The position numbers and the translations under genes are program-made. Under the pieces are notes generated by a model. The model saw only the letters and a list, made by a program, of their open reading frames with translations. It searched no databases and was not told the DNA's origin. DNA of 64,000 nucleotides from NCBI GenBank assembly GCA_965644495.1, contig CBFFSA010000008.1, positions 434,001 through 498,000 of the forward strand, in the 5' to 3' direction. Below are positions 22,797 through 34,672 of the stretch, piece by piece. The DNA is from Perkinsela sp. CCAP 1560/9 (Eukaryota; Protista; Euglenozoa: Kinetoplastea). Each line of letters starts with the position of its first letter. The stretch's first letter is position 1.

Positions 22797-23246
22797 CTAA
22801 TTCCATTGCAAGGCAGCGTAAAATCCCGTCGCAAAACCTGCACTAGAAGGCAAGCCTGTGGTGAGGACCTTCATGAACTTTTTAAGCAGCATTCTGACAT
22901 CTTGAAATGTGAATTTGCCATCACCATCTTGGTCAAGTACACTTTCAATGTCGTGAAGGACGGTTTTCCACTTCACCTCGATATATCCCTTGTAATGTAA
23001 TATCTGTAAGGCTATAAAACTTAGTCCTAAATAGTAAGCAGCTTCTTTGGAAAAACGCTTAGCTGCGTACCCACTGAGAGCTCCCAGTAGGGTTCCCATT
23101 GTAAATCGCTTTCCCACAGATCGTGCTAGTAGGCTTACTGTGGACACCGAAACATTGTTAGCGGTGGTTTCCAATGTTTCCTCAGGTTTCGCACTCTTCT
23201 GATTAGGGCGTTCGGACACCTCTTTTAATTCTATTTTATCAGCCAT
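22797..23246 (-). CDS. FUN14-domain mitochondrial outer membrane protein
   Basis: GALSGYAAKR...FIALQILHYKGYIEVKW...SAGFATGF; internal EF-hand-like DQDGDGK. Confidence 0.85.
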   Translation of the reverse strand: MADKIELKEVSERPNQKSAKPEETLETTANNVSVSTVSLLARSVGKRFTMGTLLGALSGYAAKRFSKEAAYYLGLSFIALQILHYKGYIEVKWKTVLHDIESVLDQDGDGKFTFQDVRMLLKKFMKVLTTGLPSSAGFATGFYAALQWN

Positions 23247-23896
23247 AGTATCAAGAAGAAAGTGGGAACTGATATAGCCCTCAATTAGAATGTGAGTCTT
23301 CAGGAGTGCGAAAATAACATATCGTAGTTTTTTGAGTATAGTGAAACAAACAGTATGTAATTACAAGTAGGTTCAGTAAAATGCGGGGAGATATTCGTCC
23401 AGTAAATACAATGGGGAGATAGACATTTGCTTTGAAGTTCTGGACCCAAGTCTGACTTTAAGCAAAAGTCAGTGAATTTGACTGAACTTTAAATTACCTT
23501 TGACTGTAAAGGGCTCCTTTTTTAACTAAAGGTAAAACCTTACACAACACGGAGAACTTATTCTCCTAGCGCACGCACCAGGACACTTGCATGACAATAC
23601 AATCAGTCACTAAAGGTACATAAACAGTGCAATTCTAGGTTTGTTCCACGAGAGACTCACTGATGGTACATAAAGGCTGCAATTCTTTTTTAGTCCACGA
23701 GCATTCCTGACTGTATGACTATGCTCAATTGGGACGATGCGCACGGCCATCTTATAGAGGGAATTCAGAAAAGAATATGATGTTCTGAAGCTTTCCTCTC
23801 GCGTTACGACTTTGGAAAATTGTCCTTCAGGGATGAATCCGATGAAAAGCACGGGTGAAAGCAGTCTGTGAAAATACCCAAAATGGTCTCGCCTGT

Positions 23897-24697
23897 TTAG
23901 TGCGATGAACCTGTAGTTTCGTTCGTAGTACGTACTCGCGGTGCGATGTCAGAAAAGGACTGACCAACGGAACGCATGTCTGCAAGAACTTGTTCGTAGA
24001 ATCCTCCTATAGAGTACTTCCTAAAATTAAGTGGATTCGATGAGCCACTAAGAAATCGTTTCCCTTTATTGTCCGTGCCGTAGTAACTCGTGAATATATT
24101 CAAATCATGAATAGGGGCATCTGAGAGACAAATGGCACAGTTCTGTTGCCCTGGGTCGCCGAGACACTTCTGTGCGGAATCAAGCCGGCATGTACCCTGC
24201 GGAGTACATGTCGGGTTAAAACCAACTCCCACGGGGCGATAGTCCTTTGAGTGTGTGTAGCGACCATTTTCCAAAGTAATGTTGTATACAAGCATGGTCA
24301 CGATAGCAGGTCCATTACAGCGCTCGTCGTAACTGTCGTAGACCACAACACTGGACTCCGGTGGATGATCCGAGTCTGGGACCTCCGATGATAAACCGGA
24401 GCCGTACAGCCACAGTCGACTACTCGTTGGAGAAGAACTCGATGTTGGGTTAAACAGGGAGCTGAGAGAAAATGAATCCGGTGACCTGGCTAACCAGAGT
24501 GCGGAGCCTCTTAATTCAAAGCATTGGAATCGGTCAATGTCGGCTAGAAAATTGTAGAGTTGTACTTCGTGAGAGTTCGCATCGCGTAGCATCCAGCGCA
24601 CATGTAATTTCGACTGATCGCGTGAGCATGATGAATTCGTCCAGGGGCGACAGACAGAAGTTGCTTGCAGAGAAAGGACAAAATATGAAGATATCAT
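23897..24697 (-). CDS. Hypothetical Cys-containing protein
   Basis: 266 aa ORF on the cluster strand; start uncertain. Confidence 0.6.
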   Translation of the reverse strand: MISSYFVLSLQATSVCRPWTNSSCSRDQSKLHVRWMLRDANSHEVQLYNFLADIDRFQCFELRGSALWLARSPDSFSLSSLFNPTSSSSPTSSRLWLYGSGLSSEVPDSDHPPESSVVVYDSYDERCNGPAIVTMLVYNITLENGRYTHSKDYRPVGVGFNPTCTPQGTCRLDSAQKCLGDPGQQNCAICLSDAPIHDLNIFTSYYGTDNKGKRFLSGSSNPLNFRKYSIGGFYEQVLADMRSVGQSFSDIAPRVRTTNETTGSSH

Positions 24698-24879
24698 TTC
24701 ACAGGTGCAACCTCGATGTAATCTAAAATATGTTTTTAAAAATCCGTCGTAATTGTATGATGTATCTTTTCCATTTTAAGAAGAATAGTTATGTGGCTAC
24801 GTACATTAGCTGCATTTATTGTCCTTTTAACCGGGTCAAACCGGCATGCATGACAATATTCCATACAAAAAGAAGGCTC

Positions 24880-25629
24880 CTACATGCCTATTGTTGTGTA
24901 TCCATACCCTTCCATTCCTCCACTTCCTAGATCTATATCGTCGCAGTCAAAATCGTTCCGAGTGAAGGACGTTTGTATCGTTGGAACAGGTGGATTGCTG
25001 TGAAAATTTGCACTGCTGAAATTTAGCAAAGCTGAATCTGACCTTTTTGCGCTAGTCGTCGTCAAATGCGAACTATAGCGACTCAGGAGTGACTCGTCGC
25101 TGTCATATCCTGCAGTACTAAGCTCGTTGGGCGGTGAACTCCGCTTTCTTGTGGATAATATTTTTTTAATTTTTCGTTGTGGTTCCTCCTGTATGATACG
25201 GTTTTCTGTGGTATGCCTCGGCAAAGCAGGCGCCCTTCCTTTTGATTTATTGCGGTCCACTTCATTTATTTCTGAACTGAAATTAGGAATATCGTTTTCA
25301 TTTAAAAGGACCTCGTCCCACGGGTTAACATCACGAGCTACTCTTTCCTCCCCCGTGTCGGTTTCTTCTTTCCCTAAATATTTTTGGGCATTTATTTGAT
25401 TTTCTACACTTGATAATTTTTTCGAATCTTTTATAAGCTCTTTGGATAGCTGTTCGTTCTCATATCCTACGTCCCTCGCATCTAACTGTGGGGTGCTAGG
25501 TTCACTTTTCGTAGGTTCGACCTCATAACCTCTTTTCAGCAACGGGAATCGTGTTCGAGGCTGAATAAGAGGAGGTGTGCCTTCCGGAATAGGCCTCGTC
25601 AAGTCAAACTCATAGGCAAGAGAAACCAT
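24880..25629 (-). CDS. Hypothetical, largely disordered protein
   Basis: 249 aa ATG ORF on the cluster strand. Confidence 0.65.
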   Translation of the reverse strand: MVSLAYEFDLTRPIPEGTPPLIQPRTRFPLLKRGYEVEPTKSEPSTPQLDARDVGYENEQLSKELIKDSKKLSSVENQINAQKYLGKEETDTGEERVARDVNPWDEVLLNENDIPNFSSEINEVDRNKSKGRAPALPRHTTENRIIQEEPQRKIKKILSTRKRSSPPNELSTAGYDSDESLLSRYSSHLTTTSAKRSDSALLNFSSANFHSNPPVPTIQTSFTRNDFDCDDIDLGSGGMEGYGYTTIGM

Positions 25630-25830
25630 AAGAGATTCCTATGCAGAAGCAAGGCAGAAAGTTACATGCAACTGGACCTAGCTTGTACGCCGGGTATTAA
25701 AAAAATCATTTCATTTCAATTAAAATGTGATGTTTATCCTAAATATATTTTACTAAAGCTAGGGTAGTAAACGTTTTAATAAACAGAATCAGTGAACGCA
25801 AATATAATAATTGGTTAAGCACACAAACGC

Positions 25831-26976
25831 TTACACAGGACGTAATCCAACTCTGCACAGTTGGAGAACGCTGCGACTGATTGCACGATCTCTTGATTGC
25901 TGCTCCCCTTGCGCACATATTCTAGCAAGACAGAATAGAGCGGCAACCCAATTTCGGCCTACATCATTTAACAACCATTGAAGTGATGTTTCAAGGTACT
26001 CTATTTGAAGGGATGGATAAATCGTCAAGTATACACGAGACAAGTCCTTGTCTCTCAAAGCATCGACCCTTGAAGTTTGTTGAGCACTTTCATTCGAAAC
26101 TCCATCTGATGGCGACTTCTTCGGTACCCTACTATGTGAAGTGCGTATATAATCTTGTGGATTAACGCTTTTCAAAATCCTCAAAACTGAAATGTGCATC
26201 CCAATACTTGGGAGAAACTCACTCCTTCGTCTAGCATAAAATGCGCGCGCGTTAAAGCAAGCTATAATGCGCATGCTAGCAACCCATTCTCCACATGCTG
26301 TGGCGGCAGCAGAGGCGCAAGCAAAGGCTTCTTCATGGATAAATTTATAAGTGCTCACTGAAGCGGCGGCTTCACGCCATCGTCCAGCCAGGCGAAGACA
26401 ATGTAACAGAGAAGCTTGCACAGCTAGCACACCACTACGAGGACCAGTGTGAGACTTCAGTAAATGAGACACTCTAATTGCAGTCTCCCAGCAGGCCACC
26501 GCTCCGGGACCTTCACGGCTGTCTAACAGTTTCAACGTGTAGACAATTTGCTCCGTGCTAAGTGTATTCGACTCCCGACACTGTAAAAGGGCTTGTATTG
26601 CGTGACGCCAACTGGTATACCGCTGAGGCTGGTGGTTGGAAAAGGCTTCGTGGGTTTGCATAGTCAGCATAGAGGAGTTCTTATTTCTTTCATGCCGTAA
26701 TAAGCTCTCTCTACGGTCCAAGTTATCCATTCTGGAAACATGAGTAGCATGTACGGTGTCCTGAGAAAGCTTGGTACACCTCGGAGAGGCCTTATTCTCC
26801 TCTTTGGCATTTAATCGAGACACAAGTCCATCAATCAATGAAGATAAATTGCTGGTTTTCGACTGAGCACACGGAAATGCTGTACGTTGTGGCGATGGAT
26901 TATTCTGGTGGGGAAAGCCTACTCCAACACGGGGTCGCGTAGATATTGTCCGCAACGACAAATTAATGTTGAACAT
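25831..26976 (-). CDS. Hypothetical helical-repeat (PPR-like) protein
   Basis: 381 aa with recurring W-x-x-A helices (SWRHA, CWETA, GRWREA, GEWVAS, NWVAA). Confidence 0.55.
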   Translation of the reverse strand: MFNINLSLRTISTRPRVGVGFPHQNNPSPQRTAFPCAQSKTSNLSSLIDGLVSRLNAKEENKASPRCTKLSQDTVHATHVSRMDNLDRRESLLRHERNKNSSMLTMQTHEAFSNHQPQRYTSWRHAIQALLQCRESNTLSTEQIVYTLKLLDSREGPGAVACWETAIRVSHLLKSHTGPRSGVLAVQASLLHCLRLAGRWREAAASVSTYKFIHEEAFACASAAATACGEWVASMRIIACFNARAFYARRRSEFLPSIGMHISVLRILKSVNPQDYIRTSHSRVPKKSPSDGVSNESAQQTSRVDALRDKDLSRVYLTIYPSLQIEYLETSLQWLLNDVGRNWVAALFCLARICAQGEQQSRDRAISRSVLQLCRVGLRPV

Positions 26977-27209
26977 CGTGGGCGGCGCTAAAGAATGGCG
27001 AACTTCGAATAAGCATTGGTTTGCAAGCTTTTAGTCTAAAACGACAAAAAAAATATTCCTTAGTTAAAAAAATACTTATTGAACGACAAGCTTTCAAGCT
27101 CCACAATACACACCCATTTCGACCCTTGATTACGCGTTCAAATTTGCATTAACTTTATCTACTGCCCAAATTACACTGGTGCGCTAACTCGCAGCCGTAG
27201 GAGTGAGCA

Positions 27210-28991
27210 TTAGCTCTCAAGACCGGTCTTAAACGACCATCGGCACTCATTCATTTGATAGGTGCATAATTCGGTAAGAATTCGTCTGAACAGTGAGTTA
27301 GAAATTGATTTCTTCAGAGATTCGTATATGGCAGCAACAATTGTTTCTCTCGAGGCGCTTCCGCTGCGCAACACCCTTATGATTACTCGCCTGTATTCGT
27401 CCAGCTCTGGTTGTTTCCAGGAGCGCAGCGCGGTTGCACGATTCTGCGACAACACTAAGACAAGAGGTTTCAAAGCGGCATAGATCTGAGCCTCAGTCAA
27501 ACCTCGAAGAGAAGAGTTCGGTCGTATCCTCTCTTCTCGAATTATCGGCATGATGCGGCTTCCGTGAATTACACCACGGGACGAATATAGCTCCCGAACA
27601 AAGGCTTCCACCGCAGTTCGTTGTAGCGGTTGAAGATTGAGGTCCTCGGATCCCATCTCGGTCTTTACATTCGAAGAACACGCCTTTTTATCCCCGGATT
27701 TCGCAGAATTCAATGGCGCTTCCCAGCACATGGTCATACTACCATGCTCCTGCTCTCCACAAAGCAGTGCTGAGAAATTCTTCTCGATAGCTGATTCACG
27801 AAGACGCCACTGTCGTTCTTGATTGTGGACTATCTCATCTGGTTCCTCCAAAAAAGGACTTTGTCTCATATGGCTATCATTTTGTCTCGTTTCCCTTAGT
27901 AATGATTTACCTCTTAAGTACCATAGTCGCTGACCCAGATCTTGGTACGCTATAGAAGAAAACGCATGATCGACCATCTCGCCGTACCGCTTCGGAAACA
28001 GCGTCATAACTTCCCCTTTGCGCAAAGCCCCATCACGACTTCGATAAAAAAGCAACATGATGTACTCACGTACAAAATAAAATTCCGCGCCGCGTACAAC
28101 GCAATCTTTTTGGCAAACCCATACCCCGTGTATGAGTACAGAGCATTGTTCCAAGGCTACCAACACGGTACTAATAAGTGCATCCACCCCCTTAACATGA
28201 GTCTCAGGTACTTGAAGAAGACTTCGCAACGTATGCAAGGAAATTACTTGGGCCGATAGCAACATGCCGTAAACTTGATCCTGTATGGAGTACGCCGACA
28301 AGACTGAGATCGTTGGCAAAGTCTTGGAAGATACAAGGGGGCAGTTTTGGAGCAATAAATTAGGAACTACACCGGAGAATTTTCTTCCCGATGGCGGTGC
28401 AAATAGAAGCGACTCCAACTCCCCTAGGGCGTTTAAAAATAATCGCGGTATGAATGAGTAGGAACTTGATCGCTCACACCCCCGTTCGGCGAAAAACAAA
28501 CTTCGTCGTGCCAAACCATTCGCAGAATGCGAGCGACCCTGAATAGACTCGTCGGCATCGGAGACAGACTCGGCCATTTCCCTCTGATTCGTAACTTCGC
28601 GACTATTCGCGACAGAGGTTCCCTCAGGAATCTCAGGTCGAAGTAACTGTACGTAGGAAATCGGGTTTAAGTGTAATTCGCCGCTACGAAAAATCCCTAC
28701 GTAGTTTTGCACTAGCTCTTCCTTCGGAATGTGATAGTTCGATAATTTGAAGGCATGAGTGTCACATGATATAGAAGAGGAGGAAAACGCAGTTGATACG
28801 TCCATTAACTCCTCTAGAAACATGGTCATGCGATGCGTCTCATTGGTGAGTTCAACCCGTGTGACGTGATCTAGTTTATAAGCTCGATCCACGGGGCGTA
28901 GGGGAAACTGCACCAGATGAAGCACCCCCGGAGGGCTTGGATTTATATAAACATCCAACTCAAACTCCACAGGATCTTCGGCGACTTTCAT
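27210..28991 (-). CDS. RPC5: RNA polymerase III subunit RPC5 (Sin-like)
   Basis: ELDVYI, LVQFPLRP, YVGIFRSGELHLNPI...LLRP and LIHGVWV. Confidence 0.85.
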   Translation of the reverse strand: MKVAEDPVEFELDVYINPSPPGVLHLVQFPLRPVDRAYKLDHVTRVELTNETHRMTMFLEELMDVSTAFSSSSISCDTHAFKLSNYHIPKEELVQNYVGIFRSGELHLNPISYVQLLRPEIPEGTSVANSREVTNQREMAESVSDADESIQGRSHSANGLARRSLFFAERGCERSSSYSFIPRLFLNALGELESLLFAPPSGRKFSGVVPNLLLQNCPLVSSKTLPTISVLSAYSIQDQVYGMLLSAQVISLHTLRSLLQVPETHVKGVDALISTVLVALEQCSVLIHGVWVCQKDCVVRGAEFYFVREYIMLLFYRSRDGALRKGEVMTLFPKRYGEMVDHAFSSIAYQDLGQRLWYLRGKSLLRETRQNDSHMRQSPFLEEPDEIVHNQERQWRLRESAIEKNFSALLCGEQEHGSMTMCWEAPLNSAKSGDKKACSSNVKTEMGSEDLNLQPLQRTAVEAFVRELYSSRGVIHGSRIMPIIREERIRPNSSLRGLTEAQIYAALKPLVLVLSQNRATALRSWKQPELDEYRRVIIRVLRSGSASRETIVAAIYESLKKSISNSLFRRILTELCTYQMNECRWSFKTGLES

Positions 28992-29274
28992 ACTACATCT
29001 ACTTTTAGAACTGAAAAGAACGAATGAGCATTTCTTTAATTTATTGTTGAAGATTTCTGTATTAAAAAAGATATTTTATGGAGAGGCAAACACTGTAACC
29101 TAAGTTTAATTCCTGTAGTTCAATTCATGTAACACAACTGTCCAACATAGAGGATTGCAATTAGCTCACAAACTAATCCGCTTTCCTACATAAACTTTTT
29201 CTACAGTAGCGTTTACATTGTAATTTTAGTGCGTATGTTTGCAACACACAAACTTTTTCAGCAAAGAACTTTGC

Positions 29275-31398
29275 TTAAAGACTAAGTGGTCGTAATTCAT
29301 GAGTCCTATTACGAGAAAACACCACACTGGAGACAAACACTCCAATTGCAATGGACAATGCGACGGTCATGACAGAAATAGCGAACGGTCCCCCAGTTTC
29401 TGCCCCTACGATAGACATTGTGGCTCCTCGAACTCCGAGACCCCCGGGCACTAAAAGCAAAATACCGTTCAATACGGGGATAATGCTTGGGCGCTTCTTG
29501 TAGATGGCGTACAGATTGCCGAGGGTCGCAATGACAAACGCCGAACAGGTTGTTGCAATCTCAGGTGAGCAACGCATTTCGCATAACATATGAACTGCGA
29601 ATCCTACGGTAGAAACCACAATCTGAATCGGCAATTGTTTAAATGAGCTATTCAAAAGAATGCCGAAACACAGTGCAAGTATCGGAAAAAGTGCCAAAGC
29701 CACAAGAGGGAGGTCTACGGAGACCACGACATGAGGATGTATATGAAGATTGGCAGTCTCCGCCCAAGCGAGTTGTGATCCGATCGTTATTCCAATGGCA
29801 TACAGGATTACCTTGAACATAGCATAAACCATGCGTGTTGTACCCGTTACTATTTGTCCCTGTGAAAGTTCCATGACTGATGTGGTCAGAGATAGACCAG
29901 GAAGAAGCCACACCATACTTCCAAGCACACTGGGATAAAAGGCAACTTTGTCTGTCACATAGACTTGGATCAAGCGGACGGCCGCGGCACAAATAATTGT
30001 GCTAAAAAATCCCCCAAGCTGATTAAGTTTTGGTGTAATTTTAGCCTCGATACGTTGGTCCATGATTCCAACGAACAACCCGAGACCTGAAGCAAATACT
30101 GCATCCTCCCAACTTCCACCGAACAAAGCGAGTGTGCTTACCCCTCCTGCAAATATGAAGGCCAACAGCGTGACCCACAAAGCCCAAGGGTCATTTTTCA
30201 TCATAATGCGGTCGAGCTCTTGAATACCTTCCTGAAGTCCCTCGCCCACGTACGTCCCCTCCGCACAATTTCGCGCAATGTCATCAATTTTCTCTAGCTT
30301 CGCAAGGTTGTATCCCCCGGTGGTATCGACAAACATGGTTTCATTCGCCCCATGGGTGCCAAACGTAACCAAAACATGGTTGGGCATGGTCTTAAACGTG
30401 GACGGAAGACCCAGCCCCTCGGAGGCCAGTCGCAGACTCTCATCCACGTGGTGGGCGGGACACCCGTAGAGCTGGTACAGCTGCGCCATTCGAATCAGGA
30501 AGTCCTCTTTTCGGACAATCTCGACGGCATCGTTCATGGTGATCGGGCGGTGCATTGCGGCGACCAGGGCGCGGGGGCTTAAGCTGGGGGGGTAGGACTC
30601 GAGGTAACCCCCGGGGTGCTGTTGTTGCATCGCACTCATGCGTTGGGCCTCTCCCAGGTCGAGTTGAAGAGAGGGGAGGGACATGCGGTCGTGTGGCATG
30701 GTATCGGCGCGGTTTCGAGGGGTGGGAGGCTCGTAGGAGTGGGGCATCGGCGAGGACATGGGAGAGGCCATAGCGATCTCTGGTTTTTCCTCGGACTGGC
30801 AAGGGGAGGGCGTCGCGGGTAAGGATTCAGAACTTCGTAGTCCGCTGGTCTCAGGGGTGGAGGAGGGTAGAGGGGGGCTAGTGGGGTCCGTGCTACATGC
30901 GGGCTGGAGGAGAGAGGTCGGTCCGTGTTCATCTGGGGTGTCAGGGAGACTTTCCATAGTTGGCGTGTGTGGAGGACTTCGAATGTAGCTGTGCCCTGCT
31001 GCGTGCAAATGGTTGGCATAGGGTGAAGCGACCGGAGGAGAGTCCGCCTCGTGCCTGCCGTCGAGCATTCGAAGAGAATTGGGTGAGGCCATGGAGTTTG
31101 GCTGTGCATAGAAATTTGAGAAACTGCCTTGGCGTCCAGGGGATTGTGGCATGGCGTAACTGGAGGTGCCCATGACGGGCCTCGTCTGTAAGAGTTCGAA
31201 AGGTGCGGCTGGTGATTGGCCTTTAAGAAGGCTCAACGATGGACTTTTGCGCTTTTTAGAGGAAGTGGACTTATTGGTTTTCGAAGACCCGTTTTTCTCT
31301 ACGGGGAGATCAGCGACACTAGGGGACGGGCTAATGCCAAATGAAGCGACCTCAGACTGCGAAGAAATCTTCTTTTTTGAAGATGCAAGAGTCATCAA
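29275..31398 (-). CDS. ThrE/Prm10-family membrane protein
   Basis: YGCPAHH, NLAKLE, FGGSWED, LLPGL and LLLVPGGLG; about 10 TM helices after a disordered N-terminus. Confidence 0.85.
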   Translation of the reverse strand: MMTLASSKKKISSQSEVASFGISPSPSVADLPVEKNGSSKTNKSTSSKKRKSPSLSLLKGQSPAAPFELLQTRPVMGTSSYAMPQSPGRQGSFSNFYAQPNSMASPNSLRMLDGRHEADSPPVASPYANHLHAAGHSYIRSPPHTPTMESLPDTPDEHGPTSLLQPACSTDPTSPPLPSSTPETSGLRSSESLPATPSPCQSEEKPEIAMASPMSSPMPHSYEPPTPRNRADTMPHDRMSLPSLQLDLGEAQRMSAMQQQHPGGYLESYPPSLSPRALVAAMHRPITMNDAVEIVRKEDFLIRMAQLYQLYGCPAHHVDESLRLASEGLGLPSTFKTMPNHVLVTFGTHGANETMFVDTTGGYNLAKLEKIDDIARNCAEGTYVGEGLQEGIQELDRIMMKNDPWALWVTLLAFIFAGGVSTLALFGGSWEDAVFASGLGLFVGIMDQRIEAKITPKLNQLGGFFSTIICAAAVRLIQVYVTDKVAFYPSVLGSMVWLLPGLSLTTSVMELSQGQIVTGTTRMVYAMFKVILYAIGITIGSQLAWAETANLHIHPHVVVSVDLPLVALALFPILALCFGILLNSSFKQLPIQIVVSTVGFAVHMLCEMRCSPEIATTCSAFVIATLGNLYAIYKKRPSIIPVLNGILLLVPGGLGVRGATMSIVGAETGGPFAISVMTVALSIAIGVFVSSVVFSRNRTHELRPLSL

Positions 31399-31751
31399 TT
31401 GCGAGATTCACGACTCTCTGGATCAAAACTGTGTCAATGCGAAGCTCCCACGAAGCATCCAGCCGAATAGGGAGTTAAATCTATAGAAATGAAACTGAAA
31501 TCTATTGAAAACAACTTATTCCTATTTTTATAACATAGCTAGTGTACGACTTTTTGACATCAAATAATGAATGATTGTTTACAATACTGGGTCTTTCCTT
31601 CCAATATGCTATAAAGACTATTTACAGAGATTTCCAATGCCGTACAGACGTTTTAAAAGTGGTACACATGTTGTAGTTAGTGATAGTTCAAGACACTGTC
31701 TTTAGATACATGTGGGTGATCAATAGTTTATAACTAATAATTTTAAGACTT

Positions 31752-32954
31752 TCAAGAGCCAATAAGCGGATAATCAAGTTTATGTCTTAATTTTCGTATA
31801 ATGAATAAGTTCCCTTCCTGTCTTTTGGCACGTGCGAGGACTCTTTCCTGCATTTGCATGTTAGCAGGCGATATTTTACCTCCTTTCTTGAGGAAAGGTC
31901 GAACCAATTCTTTCTGATGGGTGCGCATATAGGGAATGACTTGTAGCTTGCTTTTCTTTTGCATTTTCTTGAGCTTGTTCTTTATTTTCATTTTTTGTGA
32001 TTGAATTCTTTTTCTATTTGGTAGAAGAGCCTTGGATGTATTTTTCGTTTTATTTGGATTTAGCGGCGGGGGTTTAAGAAATATTCTTAACGCTTCTATT
32101 TGATTCGTCTTCGCAGTAAGTCCGTCCTTTTCCTTATTGTGTGTAGAATGCTTCGCCTTCTTCTTTGTTCGCTTTTTCTTTTTAGTCGGTCGCGGGCCGC
32201 TCCTTCCAATTCCAAGGAGGTGTACCATTGAAACATTCTGTGGGGTTGGAAGCGGGGGTATGGATGGGACCGTTTTTGGTACATCATCAACTTTAGTACT
32301 CGACTTTGCTTGCCCCTTCAGCACTACTTGAGTCTTCTTGTCATTTGAATGACCACTTGCATTTGAGTCTAAAACAGGAACAGGAACAGAAACAAGTTTT
32401 GGAGGATGGAACAAGCGACACGAAGAATTAGCGCACGCCACTCCGTATGGGCAATTAGGATGTTTTTTCGTGCATTTGGTGTTGCGGCACCATTTCCCAA
32501 AAGGACATGGATCACAAGAAAGATTGGGACTTGAGTCAACATAGACGAAGTCTGGCCCTTTCTTTGTCTGTGGCTCTCTGCCTACAACCACAAGAGAGTT
32601 CGTTTTATTTTCCTTTGACGCCAAAGTAGGGTGACTAAACGCGCAATCGGGATCGCGGCAACTTTCGCCACGGAGGCACAGGGGATGTTGTAAGCGACAA
32701 TGAGTATCGGTACATCGGCTTCCCTGGGGGCAAGGAGGGGTAGTGGAGGATGTGCGATACCACCAGGCGGGAACATCTGGCATACGAACTTTCACCTCCT
32801 TACGAGCAGCTTTGGGGGACCCTATCGTCATTACGCACGTTATGAGCTGTCGGCAAGATTCCTTCCATGGCCTGTTTGACTCAACTCGAGCTGCATACGA
32901 ACAAAGCAAGAGCGGAAGCCTTCTCCGCCATGTGCCTACACAAAGATTTGACAT
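31752..32954 (-). CDS. CCCH zinc-finger protein
   Basis: Four C-x5-C-x4-C-x3-H fingers and a Lys-rich C-terminus. Confidence 0.75.
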   Translation of the reverse strand: MSNLCVGTWRRRLPLLLCSYAARVESNRPWKESCRQLITCVMTIGSPKAARKEVKVRMPDVPAWWYRTSSTTPPCPQGSRCTDTHCRLQHPLCLRGESCRDPDCAFSHPTLASKENKTNSLVVVGREPQTKKGPDFVYVDSSPNLSCDPCPFGKWCRNTKCTKKHPNCPYGVACANSSCRLFHPPKLVSVPVPVLDSNASGHSNDKKTQVVLKGQAKSSTKVDDVPKTVPSIPPLPTPQNVSMVHLLGIGRSGPRPTKKKKRTKKKAKHSTHNKEKDGLTAKTNQIEALRIFLKPPPLNPNKTKNTSKALLPNRKRIQSQKMKIKNKLKKMQKKSKLQVIPYMRTHQKELVRPFLKKGGKISPANMQMQERVLARAKRQEGNLFIIRKLRHKLDYPLIGS

Positions 32955-33349
32955 GAACCTATTGATCCAAATATTTCACAGTTCTATTGCTTTTTAACCA
33001 GATTAAAACTGGCATACATTTTTTAAAAATATTTCAGAAATACATGTATGCAATGTATGTCATGCTAGAGGTACATGCTTTATACATTCAACTCTGTACA
33101 ATGCAACTTCTAGTACACTGAGATAGAGTACAATACTTTATGCATGGTATAGTATTGAACTTTCCTAACCGAAGTTGTATGTGACGTGTCGTACAAAGAG
33201 ATGCATGTACACTTGCTTGTATTCCGTAGACTAGAAAACAGAACCTCAGAAAAACGTCTATCTATTGCAGAGTTCAACAAATAAACATCTATCTATCACT
33301 GAGCGCCTGACACTTCCTGTATCACAATTTGCTAGGAACCAGATCACAT

Positions 33350-34672
33350 CTACCTATTAATATTCGTTAGGAAGGAAATCTGTATTTTTGCACGCTCCTC
33401 CAAGAAACCATGATACAAATCAAGATACCCTTCATAATGCTCCGAAAGAAGAGCCCCCGACCACCCATACAAACCATCCCCTCCTTCCTGCGCTCTTCTC
33501 CTTCCACCCTCCCCACTCCCCCCCATCCCCGTCTCCGCCTCCTCCCTTGCACTACTCGGCAGCGACCAAAACGCGTTCTCCTCCACAAACCCCGAACCCA
33601 CCCCACCCCTTCCCCCCTCCCTCCCCACCTCCCTCTCTAGAAACCCTTTCCCTCCCCCGCTCCTCCGCACCCTTCCCTGGGACTCCGCACGTCCTCCCCG
33701 TGAACCCCCCTCCCCCTCCCCCTGTTCCCCCACCCCTCCCGTTCCCCCACGGCGCCTACGGGAGCACACCGTGGGGTCGTGGTACCGCGGGGGGTGACGA
33801 CCACCACCACGGCCAACACGACGGTTCCCCGGGGTCGCACTCGCGTCCCGGTCCCGCATGGAGTCCCCGAGCGGGGGGCGGGGCTCGGGGGAGCCGCACG
33901 GTCCCCGGACACTGTAGGTGTGGCGACCGGGGGGGAGGGGGGGATGCGACCCGACGAGTCCCGTACGACTCCCGGTACTCCGGGCGTTTGAAAGGGGTGG
34001 GGTCGGGTCGAGGGGTCCGGGGGGAGGGGGACTGCCGGGTTTGAGGTCCGACGGGCGGGGGTAGGTGAAACGGGAACGAGGTCCCGGGAAGGTACGGGTG
34101 AGGGGGTCGGGGAGGGGAGGGGAGGGGTGGGGGTAGGGGTAGGGGTAGAGGAGGGGGGAGATGGAGCGTGGGGGGAGGCTGGGGTGTCGGGGAAAAGGGG
34201 GGGAGGGGGTATGTGTAGGGGAGGGGAAAGGGGGGGAGGAGAGGGGGTTGGGTGTGGGTAGGGTGTGGTGGTGGTGTCGTCTTGTGGGGTCAGGGGAAGG
34301 GGTTTGAAGGAGTAGAGTATCGAGTTTGTGCATCATGGTGGTAAATTTGTTTTCAAGAGAGTCAAGGCGCTGATTTAAGGTAACGGTCTGGGGTCCTTGA
34401 CCACGGACACTACTCGCCTCGGCCCCATTCCGCGCGCTGAGGTGCGTGTCTGTGGTGTTCCGCGTGTGGACTTGATTCAGAGGAATGTGCGAAGCAACCA
34501 AAGGCTTTTGCTCACTCAGCACGAGAGAAGCACTCTTTGTGTCTAATATTTCTTCTCTGGCTACATCAGAATGTACAACAGTTCGCATTGATACATTGCG
34601 CGTATGTTGAGGGAAAGCTTCCCGCAAAGTTCTTAGATTACGTTCTTTTACAGATGACGCATCGTCAGACAT
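33350..34672 (-). CDS. Hypothetical low-complexity protein (Pro-rich, then Gly/Glu/Arg-rich)
   Basis: 440 aa ATG ORF; coiled segment LNQRLDSLENKF; composition follows the local skew island. Confidence 0.55.
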   Translation of the reverse strand: MSDDASSVKERNLRTLREAFPQHTRNVSMRTVVHSDVAREEILDTKSASLVLSEQKPLVASHIPLNQVHTRNTTDTHLSARNGAEASSVRGQGPQTVTLNQRLDSLENKFTTMMHKLDTLLLQTPSPDPTRRHHHHTLPTPNPLSSPPFPSPTHTPSPPFPRHPSLPPRSISPLLYPYPYPHPSPPLPDPLTRTFPGPRSRFTYPRPSDLKPGSPPPPGPLDPTPPLSNARSTGSRTGLVGSHPPLPPGRHTYSVRGPCGSPEPRPPLGDSMRDRDASATPGNRRVGRGGGRHPPRYHDPTVCSRRRRGGTGGVGEQGEGEGGSRGGRAESQGRVRRSGGGKGFLEREVGREGGRGGVGSGFVEENAFWSLPSSAREEAETGMGGSGEGGRRRAQEGGDGLYGWSGALLSEHYEGYLDLYHGFLEERAKIQISFLTNINR